A stretch of DNA of 60,139 bases, counting the filler, from Jimgerdemannia flammicorona (lineage: Eukaryota), in NCBI GenBank assembly GCA_003990765.1. It is 2 parts of 2 records of this genome, joined end to end, with 100 filler letters (N's around TTAATTAATTAA, not from the genome) between each part and the next. Parts side by side here need not be neighbours in the genome. Positions count along the whole stretch, not along the records: positions 1 to 30,020 come from RBNJ01000458.1; 1 more part is not named here. One strand, given 5' to 3'. The position numbers and the translations under genes were made by a program. This document shows positions 12,801 through 25,039 of the stretch, piece by piece. Position 1 is the stretch's first letter; every line of letters begins with the position of its first letter. Below the pieces are notes generated by a model, which worked only from the letters and a program-made list of their open reading frames with translations, was not told the DNA's origin and made no database searches.

Positions 12801-15401
12801 GAGACCTACTAGGTTTCTATCATGGATGCTTCAGGCATGATGAATGAAGCAGCAGTGAGAGAGAGTCCTGAATGTGGATGGGGAGCTAGTGGGGGGGATG
12901 CTGGCAATTCTAGGTTTGCTGCAAACTTATTGGGAGGATCTATGGAGTGAAGAGGAGGGAGGGGAGGATGCTTTGGACATTGAAAGACAGCTGGGGGATT
13001 GGCATCCAGACCCCGCAATGGGCCTGGGGACTTTGGGTGACCCAGTGAGCAGAGAGGAAATTTGCAAGGTCCTGGCCACAACCAGCAAGGGGATGGCTCC
13101 AGGGGAAGATGGACTCCCTTAGGACTTTTGGAAGAAGATGGCTAGGGTGGGTATAGTGTTGGAGGAAATGGCAGATATGTGTGGAGAGGTTCTTTAGTCT
13201 GGGACTTGGATAGGGGGCCAGTACCTGGGGCTGGTCTCATTGCTCTACAAGAATAAGAGGAGGTGGGAAGATTGGAGGAACTGGTGGCCAATCATGCTAC
13301 TCGACATGGACCACAAACTGGTGATGAAGATATTGGTGATAAGGCTGTAAGGTATTGCTCGACAAGTGCTTGGTGTGGGGCAATGTGGATTTATTGGTGG
13401 CCAGTTGATCTGGGATGGGACAGCATGGGTATATAGTATAATTGAAGGTACCCAGGCTGCAGGGGTGGATGGCCAGTTGGTCTTCTTGGATCAGGAGAAG
13501 GCATATGATAGAGTATGGAGAATTTGGCTGGAGGGAGTGTTGAAGTGAATTGATATTCCCCTGGAGGTTCATCAGTCATTGATTGGTCTTATAGAGAACA
13601 GTCAGGCTACGTTAGTTGTTAATAGCCACAGGGGGGTAGCATTCCCTCTCAGCCATGGGGTCCCACAAGAGGACCCTTTGTCACCCATCTTATATGCCCT
13701 CTCTCTGGAGCCCTTACTGGATAGGATCTGGTATTGAATTGGGGATTTGGACATTCTAGGGATTAATTGAAAGGTGGGGGCCTTTGCAGATGATATGGTG
13801 GTTGGACTGGGCTTGTTGATGGACATTGAGGAATTATGACTGTCTGTTGAATGGTTTGAGTGGGATTCTGGTGCTAAGCTCAATTGGCACAAATGTGAGA
13901 CTTTGGTGCTAGGTGGTGGAATCATCAGTGGTGACATAATTGGGACAGTGGTACCAGCAGGCAAGCTGGTGTGATACTTGGGGATCTACTTCTTGATATA
14001 TGGGTCTCTTCTTCCCTGGGCATAGTGGGATTGGCAACTTCTGGAGGGGGGAAATGTACTCCTGCAGTGGGGGGGATGGTATATGTCCCTGGCAGGAAGG
14101 GTGATAGTACTGAATGTGTATTGGATACCAAAGCTATAGTATATTGGATACCATCTAGACTTTCTGGCTTGGGTGGTCAGGGGACTGTTGAAGATGGCAA
14201 GATCATAGATCTGGGGAGGCTGACAATGTCAGATTGGTTGGGAGACACTCACACTACCAATGAAAAGAGGGGGGCTAGGCTTAGTAGACTTCACCAAGCG
14301 GCTTCATTGCTTGTGGGCCTGGTGGCTGTGGAGGGCAAGTGAGCTGAGGGGCCAGGAATGGGTTCTACTCATGCAGAGGGTGTGGGAGGTCCAGTATTCC
14401 CCTCGTGGAGATTCTGGTAACCTGCTTGTGATGGTGGCCATGGATGGGAGCAGGAGGATGCAGTACAAGGGCTTTTGGTGGGGGGTGGTGGATGGCACTA
14501 AGAGAATTGGGCTTCAGTGGCAGAGTGGTGAAGGGGAGGAGGACTGGGGTCCAAGGATGTGGCAGTGGGACAGACTTTTGCTGGGTGGTGTCTTGGTAGA
14601 GAACTTCCAGCTCAGTGAGGGTATGGAGTATCTGTGGGGCTTGGGTGGTGACCTTTGGCCTGAAGCCTGGCAGAGGGTTGGGATTGGTGAGAAGTGGGAC
14701 TGGAATGGGCTCTGGCTTTGGAGCAAGTGGGTGATGCAGTGGCTGTCCCCCAAGTTCTGGGTGGTATGGTGGCGAGTTCTATGGCAGAATGTGATGTTGA
14801 ACTATTGGTCTGAGTACTTGGTAGATGGTGGCATTTTTGAGTGTGAAGAATGTTTCAATGTTGGTCAGGAGGAAGGAGTGGTTCCAATGCCTGAACATTG
14901 GCTTGCTGAGTGTGATATTTTGGGGGTGTTCTGGGGACATATTGTAGACTGGTTAGGGCTATGAGCCCTGGAGAAAGGGGTAGGGGAGAGATGGGGAGAG
15001 CTTTGCCAAAGGCTGGTTGGTGGGGTTGGGGATGAATGGCTGACTCTTGGCTGGGCTCTGGCTATTTGGGTTGGGATGGCTGGACATTGGGTGCATATAT
15101 TTGAGGAGGGTTGGCGGGTTGGGGTTGGGGATAAGGTGGTATATTGGGAATAGTTGTTGCTGGATATTTTGAATGGCTGGTAGCAAGGGTGGGGGTCAGG
15201 GAGGGGGAGTTACAGGGGTTTGGTACAGTGTATTTCACAGAAAAGTGATGGAAGGATTTGGATAGTGGGTGACTGGGTTGTCCTCAGACAGAGGGGCATC
15301 AAGAGGGGTGGAATGGGTCCAAGGGGTATTGGTTGAAGGGATGGGATGATATTGTATCATTATTATTATAGATGGTGGTAATAAAGGGCAGTCCTAGTGA
15401 C

Positions 15402-15432
<31 letters not shown>
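9811..15432 (+). mobile_element. LINE copy 2, subfamily B, slightly 5'-truncated, with poly(A) tail
   Basis: ORF1 fragments; ORF2 from ~11682 (MNSTTRIFSLNVNGL); RT motifs 13270-13900; zf-RVT ~14830-14930; AATAAA at 15380 and poly(A) at 15405-15432. Confidence 0.95.
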
Positions 15433-18400
15433 GACATACATTTCAGTATCTATATTATTATTCAGAAATACTGTCTTAATATCTATTTGATAGATTTCCA
15501 GATCATATAGTATACTGATCATAAGGAGTATTCTCAACAAAGTAAGCTTAAATACTAGTGAAAATATCTCATCATAATCTATGCTATAATTCTGCAAATA
15601 ACTCTTTGCAATAAAACAAGCTTTATATTACTCTATACTTCTATTACTCTTATACTTGATTCTATAGATCCATTTGGATCCAATTATTTGGAGATTTGGT
15701 AGAAGAGATATGAGATCTCATATCCTGTTCTCAATAAGTGAATCATACTTCTCATCCATCACATGTTCCCATTTTTTGCTATCTAGAGATTATATGGCTT
15801 CATTGTATATATTTGGCTCACCAGATGTTGCAATATATATATATTCATATGCTTCAGTATAGCTAACATAGTCTAACATTACTACCATCTAGGGCTCACT
15901 GGCATATCTCAATAACTTTTTAATTCAGAATGAGTTTCTTGGTAAACATTGGAATACTTTTGCTTATTCTTTATAGAGAATCTCTTAGTATTAGATCTGG
16001 CATCATTTTCATCCTTGATCTCTATTATTCTCAGCTCAGATAACTCTGGCTCAGACATATATAGTGGTTGAAAATAATTTTGATTGACTGCTGGAGAGAT
16101 TGATAATAGTTGTTATACTTATACTAGCTGGAATGTAGATATAGATATAGATGTATATACTAGTATATCTATATATAATTCTTCATTATCTTTTTCTCTG
16201 AATTATATGTCATATGAAATGAAAATATATTGCTTATATAGATCTCAGAGTCTATATATCTTGCCAGTACCAGAATATTTAAGAAATATATGCTTACCAG
16301 CTTTTAGCTCAAATTTATACTAATTAGCAATGCTCTTATCAAGAACATATGCCTCACAACCAAATATGTATAGATATGATACATTAGGCTTAATTCTACT
16401 CCATAATTCTTCAGGGGTGAGATCATCATCCCTATGTTTGTTGTTGTTGCTGGCTTCTTTGCTTAGTACTTGAGAAATGTATATATTGCCATATTGATTG
16501 CTTTGGCCTAATAGGAGTATCTCAATCCTGCTGCATTAATTATTATATGAGCCATTTCTATGACTATATAGTTAAATACCATTTTGCTGAGATATATAGA
16601 GAGCTATTATTTGTTATTATATACATATTTTTTCAGGAATTGCCTAAATATGTCATTAATGTATTTATATCTATTGTCTGATTATATAGTATATATTTTA
16701 CATTCTGTTTTGTTTTCAGTGATCACTTTGAATTCTTTAAATTTCTCCAGTACTTCACTCTTTACTGATAAAAACTATATATATGCCTTATATATATAAT
16801 TATCAATGAATGAGATAAAATACTTCTTCCTAAAGTATGATGATGTATGTATCAGTCTACATATATCTATATATAAGGTTAAGGATTCCAGATATATACT
16901 TTAACTATTCTTTGAATAGTTACTAGGATATTTTATTTGCCATATAATCCTTGTAGAAAAAATTGTTTCTGGGATGTGTATTTGGTGGTAATCTATTGAC
17001 AGATTCACTCCTTATTATACATTCAAGGCTCATCTTACTGATATGTCCTAAGCATTAATATCATATATTAGATGTATCAGATATAGTTATCATATATACT
17101 GACACTTTTACACTATTCAACATCTCATTGATCATGTAAAGATTGTTATGTTTTGAGGATGGCATAAGCTCATTATTATACAAATCATACACTATTGTGT
17201 CTTTTGCATATATATGTATTTCTTTATTATTGTGGAATATCATTTTTTTTTTTAAAAAGAGGTTTTTGCTGATTTCTGGAGTATATAGCATATCTAGGAA
17301 GATACCAGCAGGTCCAACAATATTGCTTTGGAGATATATTCTGACATTTCCCTTTTCTTGAGTATATATGACATTGTTATCTCCTAGTTTAATAGATACA
17401 GAGTATTCAAAAGACTTATATATAGAGAACCATTCCCTTTGTGGTATTATATATTATATGGCTCCAGAATCCATTAACCAGACATTGTTGTCATCAGCTA
17501 TGTTTGCAGTATACTAATTGGATGTATAGCTAGGATTGCTCACTCTGTTACTATATTTATTACTAGCAGTACTGATATTATTACTACTTTTCATTGAGTA
17601 AAAAGTATTTGGCTATTGATCAGAATTCATAGATAATAGATTTCTTGATTTGGTGAATTTAGTAGTGAAACTGTGATCTACATACATTGCCTGTATAAAG
17701 AATATACTGCTTTCATCAGTTTTGATAGTATTGCTATTGCTATATTTCTTTTTGCCATAATAACTCTTTCTATTATATCTATGTCACCAATGCTGGCTTC
17801 CACATTATTGCTTATTTTCACTGCTCTTCTTATTGTTTTTTCAGTGATAACAGTTGCCCTTCCTGTATCTATACTTACTGTAGTATTTACAGTAATCATT
17901 ATACTTAGTTGATTAGCTGCTATCATATTGATTTTGGATTTAGATTCATTAATCTTATTGTCCATACTTTTGATCTCTTTTTGTATCACATCTGCATAAT
18001 CTATAGAATGTGTTTTCATAATCATTAGCAGTACCATTTCTTTGGCACATTTGCACATTCATGAGGCTTGTTATTATATGAGCATAATTTGTAAGTTTAC
18101 TACTCTCTTACATAGCTACTACTATGATGTGATACCTCTCAGAGAGATTCCTTATAAGAGCTAAGACCTTGTCTTTGTTACTTATATATTGCATAGATAT
18201 GCTTAGCAAATTCACCTAATTCACCAGATCATCAATGCAACTAGTGTGTTTATGGATGATCTCCTTTGGCTTCATTTATAGATTAAATTGTTGAGATTTC
18301 AGATAGAATCAATTTGATGTAAATATTTATATATGATGATTTTGTAGAGTTTTTCAGGCCTTATGAGCAGTTGCTATATATATTATAAGCTTTGTTTGAG

Positions 18401-18771
18401 AGTTGGATAGTGTGATTGCAATCTCACATAATGCTCAATGGTTATTTTCACTATTATAATCTTGAATCAGTACTTATGGCTTCATATACTCTGCCAAGCC
18501 ATATTTATCAAGGAGATTCATCATATAGAATACCTAGATAATATAGTCTTTTCTATCAAAGATCAGAATGGACCTCTTGGCTGTGTTTATGCTTATACCT
18601 AGGACTGTGTTTTCTATATTTATTACAGTTGTTGTTGTGATTATACCTGTAGAAATACTCATAATTGGCATATCTAATTCTATGCTTATGTTACTAGGCT
18701 GTTTATCAGACATTTCTAGTATAGTATATTTTAAAAAGATATATTTATATACTATTACTACTTAGCACTAG

Positions 18772-18787
18772 TGGGACTCATAACCTT
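18772..18787 (-). promoter_or_regulatory. Copia primer-binding site of the GGTTATGGGCCC type (internal, half-tRNA-iMet priming)
   Basis: The minus strand reads ...ataaca-aaGGTTATGAGTCCC directly after the 5' LTR. Confidence 0.75.
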
Positions 18788-18915
18788 TGTTATAAAAAGA
18801 GAGGTACTTTATTGAAGTTGTATAAGTTATATATTTTATACATTACTAATGAATGATGTAAATCTGATTGAATGGCATAAGTCATATATTGATATATCAA
18901 GTTGCCATCCCAATA
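18788..18915 (-). repeat. Copia 5' LTR
   Basis: Direct repeat of 9269-9396, followed by the PBS. Confidence 0.92.
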
Positions 18916-19129
18916 GAGTATAGTATACCATATGTTGTAACTACTTTGTCATTCCTGAGTATAGGTTTGGTGAGGATCTTGAGAGTTTTAATAAGATTCT
19001 GATTAATAGAGTTACTAGCTATGCTACTATTAATAAGTACTTAAACTTCTTTTCTCTTGACTTATTCTTTAAAGATGAGTATTGCTTGAGCTCAGTTTTT
19101 GAATAGACTTACTACTTGGCCTATACTTC

Positions 19130-19520
19130 TAAAGTCTTTCTGATCTTACTTAGTTGAGAATAATTCTTAGACTTCTATAACCTTAGGTTGGCTTACTTCT
19201 TCTAAGTTAATTTATACAACTTAGTCTTCTTCCTTGATCATGTAATTCTGGTTCTTTTGGTTGATAAGTAGAACTTAAACTTGTCCTTGATAGTCTGGAT
19301 CAATGATACTAGTAATAATATCTAAAGAATGATTGATACTGAGTCTTGATCTAAGTGAAATTTTTATAGATATTGGATTATAATTCTAGTAGGTATTAGG
19401 GTTCTTTCTTTTGCTGAGATGGTAACTTGTTTGACTGAATACAAGTTAAGATCAATGATTCCTTTTGATTGATATTGAGAAATCTGGGTCTTTGAGTATA
19501 GCTTCTGGATCTTGAGTTTG
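19130..19520 (-). pseudogene. dut: dUTPase domain of gypsy A, between the gag zinc knuckle and the protease
   Basis: KIQKLYSKTQISQYQSKGIIDLNLYSVKQVTISAKERTLIPTRI...SLRSRLS...SIIDPDYQGQV...RSERDFRSIG matches decayed trimeric dUTPase motifs (AGxDL, RSG, GVID.DY.GE, RG..GFGSTG). Confidence 0.85.
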
Positions 19521-20577
19521 GACTGACTATTAGTGATATTGACAGATATATCTTTGAACAACATAGTAACTTGTCTTGCAAATTTACTTGTCTTCTTAGG
19601 ACATTTAGTTGCAATATGTCCTATCTGATAGCAGAAGAAACATACTTCTGACTTCTTTAGAATTTCTTCTCTTCAGAAGTATGTTTGTCATTTTTCTTAT
19701 TTATAGAGTCTAAGTCTATTAGGGCTAGTTCCACATTTCTAGACTAGTTCTTATTATAGTTCTCAAGTAATTATTCTTATAGTATTCTGGTTTGAAATAG
19801 TAGCCATAGGTGATAATATTAAATCTATTAGCTATCCTCATGACTTCTTTAAGAGAATCTGAATTTTCTAGCTCAATTTTGACTTATGTATTTCTCTTTA
19901 AGCCTTGGACATAGTGGTCAATTTTCTCATCTTCCACAATATTACATAGCTCTAAGAGAATTAACAAAAATTATATATTATAATTTTGTATAAACTTAAG
20001 TTACTTGATATTTACTAGTCTGTCCCTAGCTAGTTTGATAGTATTAGTAGACTTGAACTACTTGTAAAGGACTTTCATGAATGCTGTCCAATCTTCTACT
20101 CTTATTCCTCAATAGTTAGATATAGTTATAATATAATTATAATACCAGACTATAGTATTTCCTCAGAGAAGAGTTGCAGTAAATTGAACTTATATATCTT
20201 CTTTCATTCTTATAAGTTCAAAGTATTAGTTCAATTGAAAGGTCCAGGCATCAGTAGACAGTTCTCTTTAGTAATTATTAAAGATATCTAGTTTGAGTAA
20301 CTTTAATTAATAGATATAATTATGAGATATATTAGTACTATAGTTCTTATTTTCTATTATTTTAGCTATACATATAGATATCAGAACTGATATACTATAG
20401 TAGTATATAATTATTTCTATTAGGCCACTTATGTTTCCAGATCTGCATCTTCTACTATAAAGAGTTCTGACTGGTTGTCTGGTTTACTATAGTTTATTTT
20501 GGATTTATATGACTAGTTGTGACTAGTAGTGATAGATTTCTGAACTCTTGTAAGGTTTCTTAATAAGATAAGATATA

Positions 20578-20595
20578 ACTTCACTACTGCTACTA
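20578..20595 (-). promoter_or_regulatory. PBS of gypsy A, probably tRNA-Leu (decayed TGGTGGCAGCGGTGGG)
   Basis: The minus strand reads ttaca-ct-TAGTAGCAGTAGTGAAG; differences from the Leu-type PBS are transitions. Confidence 0.55.
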
Positions 20596-20597
20596 AG

Positions 20598-23096
20598 TGT
20601 AATGATTCTAGTTTCTTTAAGAGAAAGTGACTAAATCTGGAAGTATTCTGATAGATCTAAAGTAGCTTAAATATATACTTATAGATTTAAAAAATCTTAA
20701 AGAATTTCAGGAGAAAAATAAGCTATACTTTATTCAAATAGAAAAAAGGAATATTTATATAAATCTGAAAGAAGAATCTGGAAGGATCTTAAGTATGAAA
20801 AAAAAAGAGCCAAAAAATAGATTCTTAGTAAAGATAATTAATAGAATTCTATAATATTTCAAAAGGTTCTATAGCTAGCTAAGATAAGGTACTTAGTGCT
20901 GAAAAAAGCAAAAATGTTTTAGTAGAGTCTTGATACTAAGAGAGAATTTCTAAATATTTAGAAGATACTGGAACATTATAGAATATTCAAGAAAATATAA
21001 GAAAAGACTAGAGAAAAAGCTATAAAAATAAACTATAACTAAGAAATACTAAGAAATTATTACAGTTTGTCTTAGAAAAATCTTTAGAATATCTCAAAAT
21101 AGTGAAGTTCTCTTTTTAGAACTTGATGACAATCTTTAGGCTTAATTTAATAAGTATATCAAATTAGCAGATCTTCTCTAGCTTAGTTTCAACAAGTATA
21201 TAGACTAGAGTTAAATTAGAAAAAGCTTATAATCTTCTTAATAATGGGTTTTGAATAGATATTTCTCCTAAATATTACAATGATCAAGTAGCTTTTAGCA
21301 GATATCTCTCTCAAAGTATATTATAAATAGACTTGTCTTTTGTTTTTAACTCAGATTTCGGACTGAGGTTTATTTACTCTTGTCTCTAGGGTATTTTATA
21401 TAAGTATATTACTATATATCTTATAATTATAGAATATGTAGTAAGGCTAGTCATAGAAGATATGATCTCTTGTTTTTTCTAGAAACAGTATACCTAGCTA
21501 GAACAGGATACTAGACTGAAATAGTATACTAAACTGGAACAGTATGTTCTGATTTGGTATGTCTGATTATTTATATAAATTAGTAGTATATGTGGGTAAC
21601 TATGTGAGGTCACACTCCTTTCTCTACTACTTTATCAGTTACAAGGTTTGGTAGGCAATCTTCTGAGTCCCCTTTCTCTTATTGTTACCCCCTCTACCTT
21701 AGGTTAGTTTGCTGTACCTGTGAGGGCATGGTGGAAGGAGGGCAATGGTGTTGAGTTACTCTTTTATCAGTATTGGATCAGTGTCTTCTTCACTTTTTTG
21801 TAGTTTTCAGTACCTTTAGCTGTATCTGGGGTATACTCATTTTGGTACAGTGCCTTCTTTCTTTTACTATTACTAATAAGGAGTTGTCTTAGTGTGTCTC
21901 AGATTACATAGGGAGTCAGCTGACCTTGGGCATCAAGTGCCCAGTGCAGGTTACCTGCAGGTTCTCAGTACTTATGGTTGGGCCCTCTGGCTTTGGCAAG
22001 CTTCCTGGTGAGTGCAGTTTTGATATAGATGACTGTTTTTCAGATAATATTGGAATGGGAGGGGAGATGGCCATCACAGATAAGAGGAAGGGTAATTATG
22101 GTGAACCAGTAGAGTGCCAGGCTGGGGGTGGTCATTGAGGCTGGGGCAGGTACTGCTTTAGTGGGATCTTTTGATTGATGCAGAGTAGTTAGGTGGTAGG
22201 TGTCTCTCATGGCTTTTTTTGGCAATTCAGTGGGTTGGGCCCTGGTCATTGGGGGGGGGTTGGGGGGCCCAAGGCTACCCATTTCAGGTGTCTTGACTGT
22301 ACTTAACTAGAACTAAGAGCTGATATAGCAATGTGATTGAGGCCTGCAGGCTTGAGTAGTGGGATATTGGAGGTCTCCTCCCACCTCACATATAAGTTCT
22401 CTACTCATCTCATCTGGGAGAACTAGGCCCTATCAACTGTGATATACTTTGATGAGGATTTTTCTTTGCCAGTCATTCTCTTTGGGGTGGCAGAGGCTAT
22501 TCTATTTAGCTTGGGCATGGCCTTGTACATACATTGGGGTTTTGGGCATGTGCTTTCAGTCATTAGCATATGGCTGAGTTCCCCCTGGTGGTAGGGAGAG
22601 CATGGTGTGCAGAATGAGGTGTGGGCCAATTAGGCCCTGCTGCACCTGGCATGGTCCAGCTGCTGGACAATAGCTAGCTTAGGTTTAATGGGGGGGCAGT
22701 GCTTGGTGGGTGGTGGGGGAGGGTTTTGGCCTATATAGTCTAGGTTCCCTTCCAATAAAATTCCGCGGGACTCTGAGTCCATAAAACAAAAAGGTAACTA
22801 TGTGAGGTAACTATGCTAACTGTTCTTTGTATGCCATTTAACTATACTAAGTATTCGCTCGTCGTTAGGATTTAATTTGCGAAGTCACGATTGACACCAC
22901 GACTAGGACGTCATGAGAACTCAACCCGACACTCGCTGTACTAGCCTGGTCCTTGTATTTTATGCAAGCCAAACCTTCCACATTATCCATGGTTTCTTGT
23001 GTGTTGTAATTAATCATGCGATTTCTTGTATGATGTAGATGTTTTCAGGCTGCGTTCTCAGGTCGCGATTTCTTGAGCGTCTCAAGCCACATCGCA
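20598..23096 (-). repeat. Long (~1.3 kb without the insert) 5' LTR of gypsy A
   Basis: Begins TGCGATG (other family members begin TGTGATG) and ends ATTACA next to the PBS. Its TATA/AATAAA core and downstream sequence (21130-21403) align with 51111-51360. Confidence 0.65.
21611..22792 (+). mobile_element. Non-autonomous, non-coding poly(A) retroposon (SINE-like), copy 1
   Basis: Perfect 16-bp TSD ggtaactatgtgaggt (21595-21610 and 22793-22808); AATAAA at 22754 and an A-rich tail; homologous along its length to 40762-41960. Confidence 0.9.
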
Positions 23097-23409
23097 CATG
23101 GACATGGTTATTTCACTTTTTGACAACCCACATACATGCACCAAATACCATTCAGTAAAACAAATTTACGAGACAGAAAATAATTGACTACAATACATTT
23201 ATTACAACTATTCGGCAAATCATTGACCCTTGACATCAAGTAACGCCTCCAGCTGCCTAAAATCAACGGTATCTTAGGTAATTTCTGACGTACTACCCGC
23301 CTCCACGTGACGACAGAATAACTGATCCCCAACGACACAACGCAACACGGCCTGTATGACCCCGAGCACAGCCGTAAACATTTTCACGCGATCACCTAAC
23401 CCTGCCCAA

Positions 23410-24103
23410 CTATTTTTTCTTGGTTCTCTTGCACCTTGCCTTGGGCTTGTGCCAGTCCTCCGAGCCCTTGAAGACAATGCCCTTTTTTTTTTTTTTTTTT
23501 GGAAGACAGATCAGGATGATAATATGGTTAGAACAATATGGTACCCGTCGAGAAATATCGGGAAAAGAATGAACGATGGAGAGAAGCAGGAAGCAAGGCG
23601 CGCTCACCTCCTTGTCCAGGAACCATTTTAACTGATCTGTTGTGCAGATTATGGCCCTGTATTTGGTGCACAACTTCACATAAAGTTCATCGATATCAAT
23701 TGGCTAACATAAAAATAAAAAAACATAAAACATAAAAAATTAATTACACCTCATCGGTCAGTATTTCATCAAAACTACCTCACTTCCCCCAGCATGCATA
23801 CCTCATAGCGCAACATCATCCCATACATGACTTTGTCCTTTCTCACAAACCCCGCCAGCTGCTTATGAACAACATGGAAGTCTTTGTCGTCGTCGTCCTC
23901 ATTCTCGTTGTCCCATTCGCCTTTGCTTAACCGATCGTTCTTCACAAAATCATCCGCCTTGCGCGTGCCCCCAGGAACCCTGAGAATATGGTGCCAATTG
24001 AAGTAATGTACTACTACATTATCGATGGCATCGACAATAATGCCGCCACAGACGCCACTGCTGTTACAAAGGCGTTGTCTGTCGCCACGAAAACCCAGCC
24101 ATC
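23410..24103 (-). CDS. SLX4: SLX4 (structure-specific endonuclease subunit), last three exons with the conserved C-terminal domain; exons 24103-23802, 23703-23608, 23481-23410; 5' part not resolved
   Basis: GT-AG splicing gives an open frame ...HKQLAGFVRKDKVMYGMMLRYE|PIDIDELYVKLCTKYRAIICTTDQLKWFLDKE|GIVFKGSEDWHKPKARCKRTKKK*, matching the Slx4 CCD pattern (F/YIR..P.LY..IL.YEPI.L.EL...L..FLD..GI.F). Confidence 0.8.
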
Positions 24104-25039
24104 CTAAAAAAAAAAAAAAAAAAAAAAATCGTTTGTATGAGAAATATCAGTAACTCGTCGAGATCTAGGGCAAGTTCACAACCTCCCTATCACCCGCGTA
24201 TGATCCTGGAGCACGGCGACGACTGGGTTGTCCACCGGCAAGCCCTTGTATTTTTAGGTACTATACGAATTCAAGCAACCTCTCAACACAGCTGTTTGCA
24301 CTTACCTAAGGCTCGGCCACCGTTCCGATCCCCGATAAGCTGACGAATATAACCGTGGTCGTGGCGAACTGTGAACGGGCCCAAGAAGTTGCTCATCTGG
24401 ATTGCAAGAACCGAAAGAGAGTGTTGAAAGAAATGGAATCGAGCACAATGCATAACTCCATCGTGAGTGGTCGAGGTGATTCGAAGCACAGTGGACAGAG
24501 TCATTCACCAAGGGGACAGAGAGAGTAGCATTGTAGTCGCTTTCACAGGGGACTGAGCCTCATGTGAACAAGCCCGTGACAGGCCAACCAGAAATTTGTC
24601 GATCGGCCTCAAAGCGTATGAGTTTGTCGACCAGTCCGAATTTAATGATCCTGGTCTTGTTGGATTCCCTCTTTACCAGGGGAATACAACAGGCCGGCAA
24701 ACATTAATGACGGACATGTTTCTGTCGAGGTATACGAGTTAAGGTTGGGTCTGAACAGTCTCAAAACCCAACCCCGTCCATCTGTATAACTTGACATCAA
24801 CTTAACGTTTTTTGGCCCGTTGTATGGTCGACAAATATAAAATTAAATATACTTATACAGAGATTTTCTTGTGCTGGCTCGCATCCATAGCTAGAGCAGG
24901 CTACTGCAATTATACATACATTATGAGTTTATTGGGTATTCCCAAATCTTTTGGTATTGTCAGTTTTGTACCATTCCAGCATTATAGTTCCTCCGACGTC
25001 TGCAGAAATGACCAAGGAATTTTTGTACCTCTGCTAGTC

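Larger units (their letters stand above)
9269..18915 (-). mobile_element. Ty1/copia LTR retrotransposon, degenerate, with internal deletion and LINE insertion
   Basis: 128-bp LTRs at 18788-18915 and 9269-9396; 5-bp TSD gggta/gagta; PBS aaGGTTATGAGTCCC; PPT GAGTGGGAG. Domain order is PR (NVWLMDSGA ~17470), INT, RT (IDYDEIFS, YQIDIKTVFLN), RNase H end (LEYIPTEYKIVNSLIK ~9720-9810). Confidence 0.93.
6775..23096 (-). mobile_element. Ty3/gypsy LTR retrotransposon A (gag-dUTPase-PR-RT-RH-INT), heavily mutated, interrupted by copia (9269-18915) and the retroposon (21611-22792)
   Basis: 5' LTR ~23096->20598, then PBS; gag with CCHC knuckle CFFCYQIGHIATKC (~19600-19645); dUTPase ~19520-19130; protease ~19070-18920 resuming at 9263; RT (decayed YPLPLID, KYFTKLDL, YFDNILIFS) ~8750-8100; integrase (LILLLYSLTT, PQVYQLL) ~7400-6775. 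Confidence 0.88.

Noticed and set aside
21611..22792. Retroposon as a retrozyme or a tRNA/7SL-derived SINE
   Set aside because: No hammerhead core (CUGAnGA...GAAA), A/B boxes or known RNA motif recognised by eye; an Infernal search is still needed.
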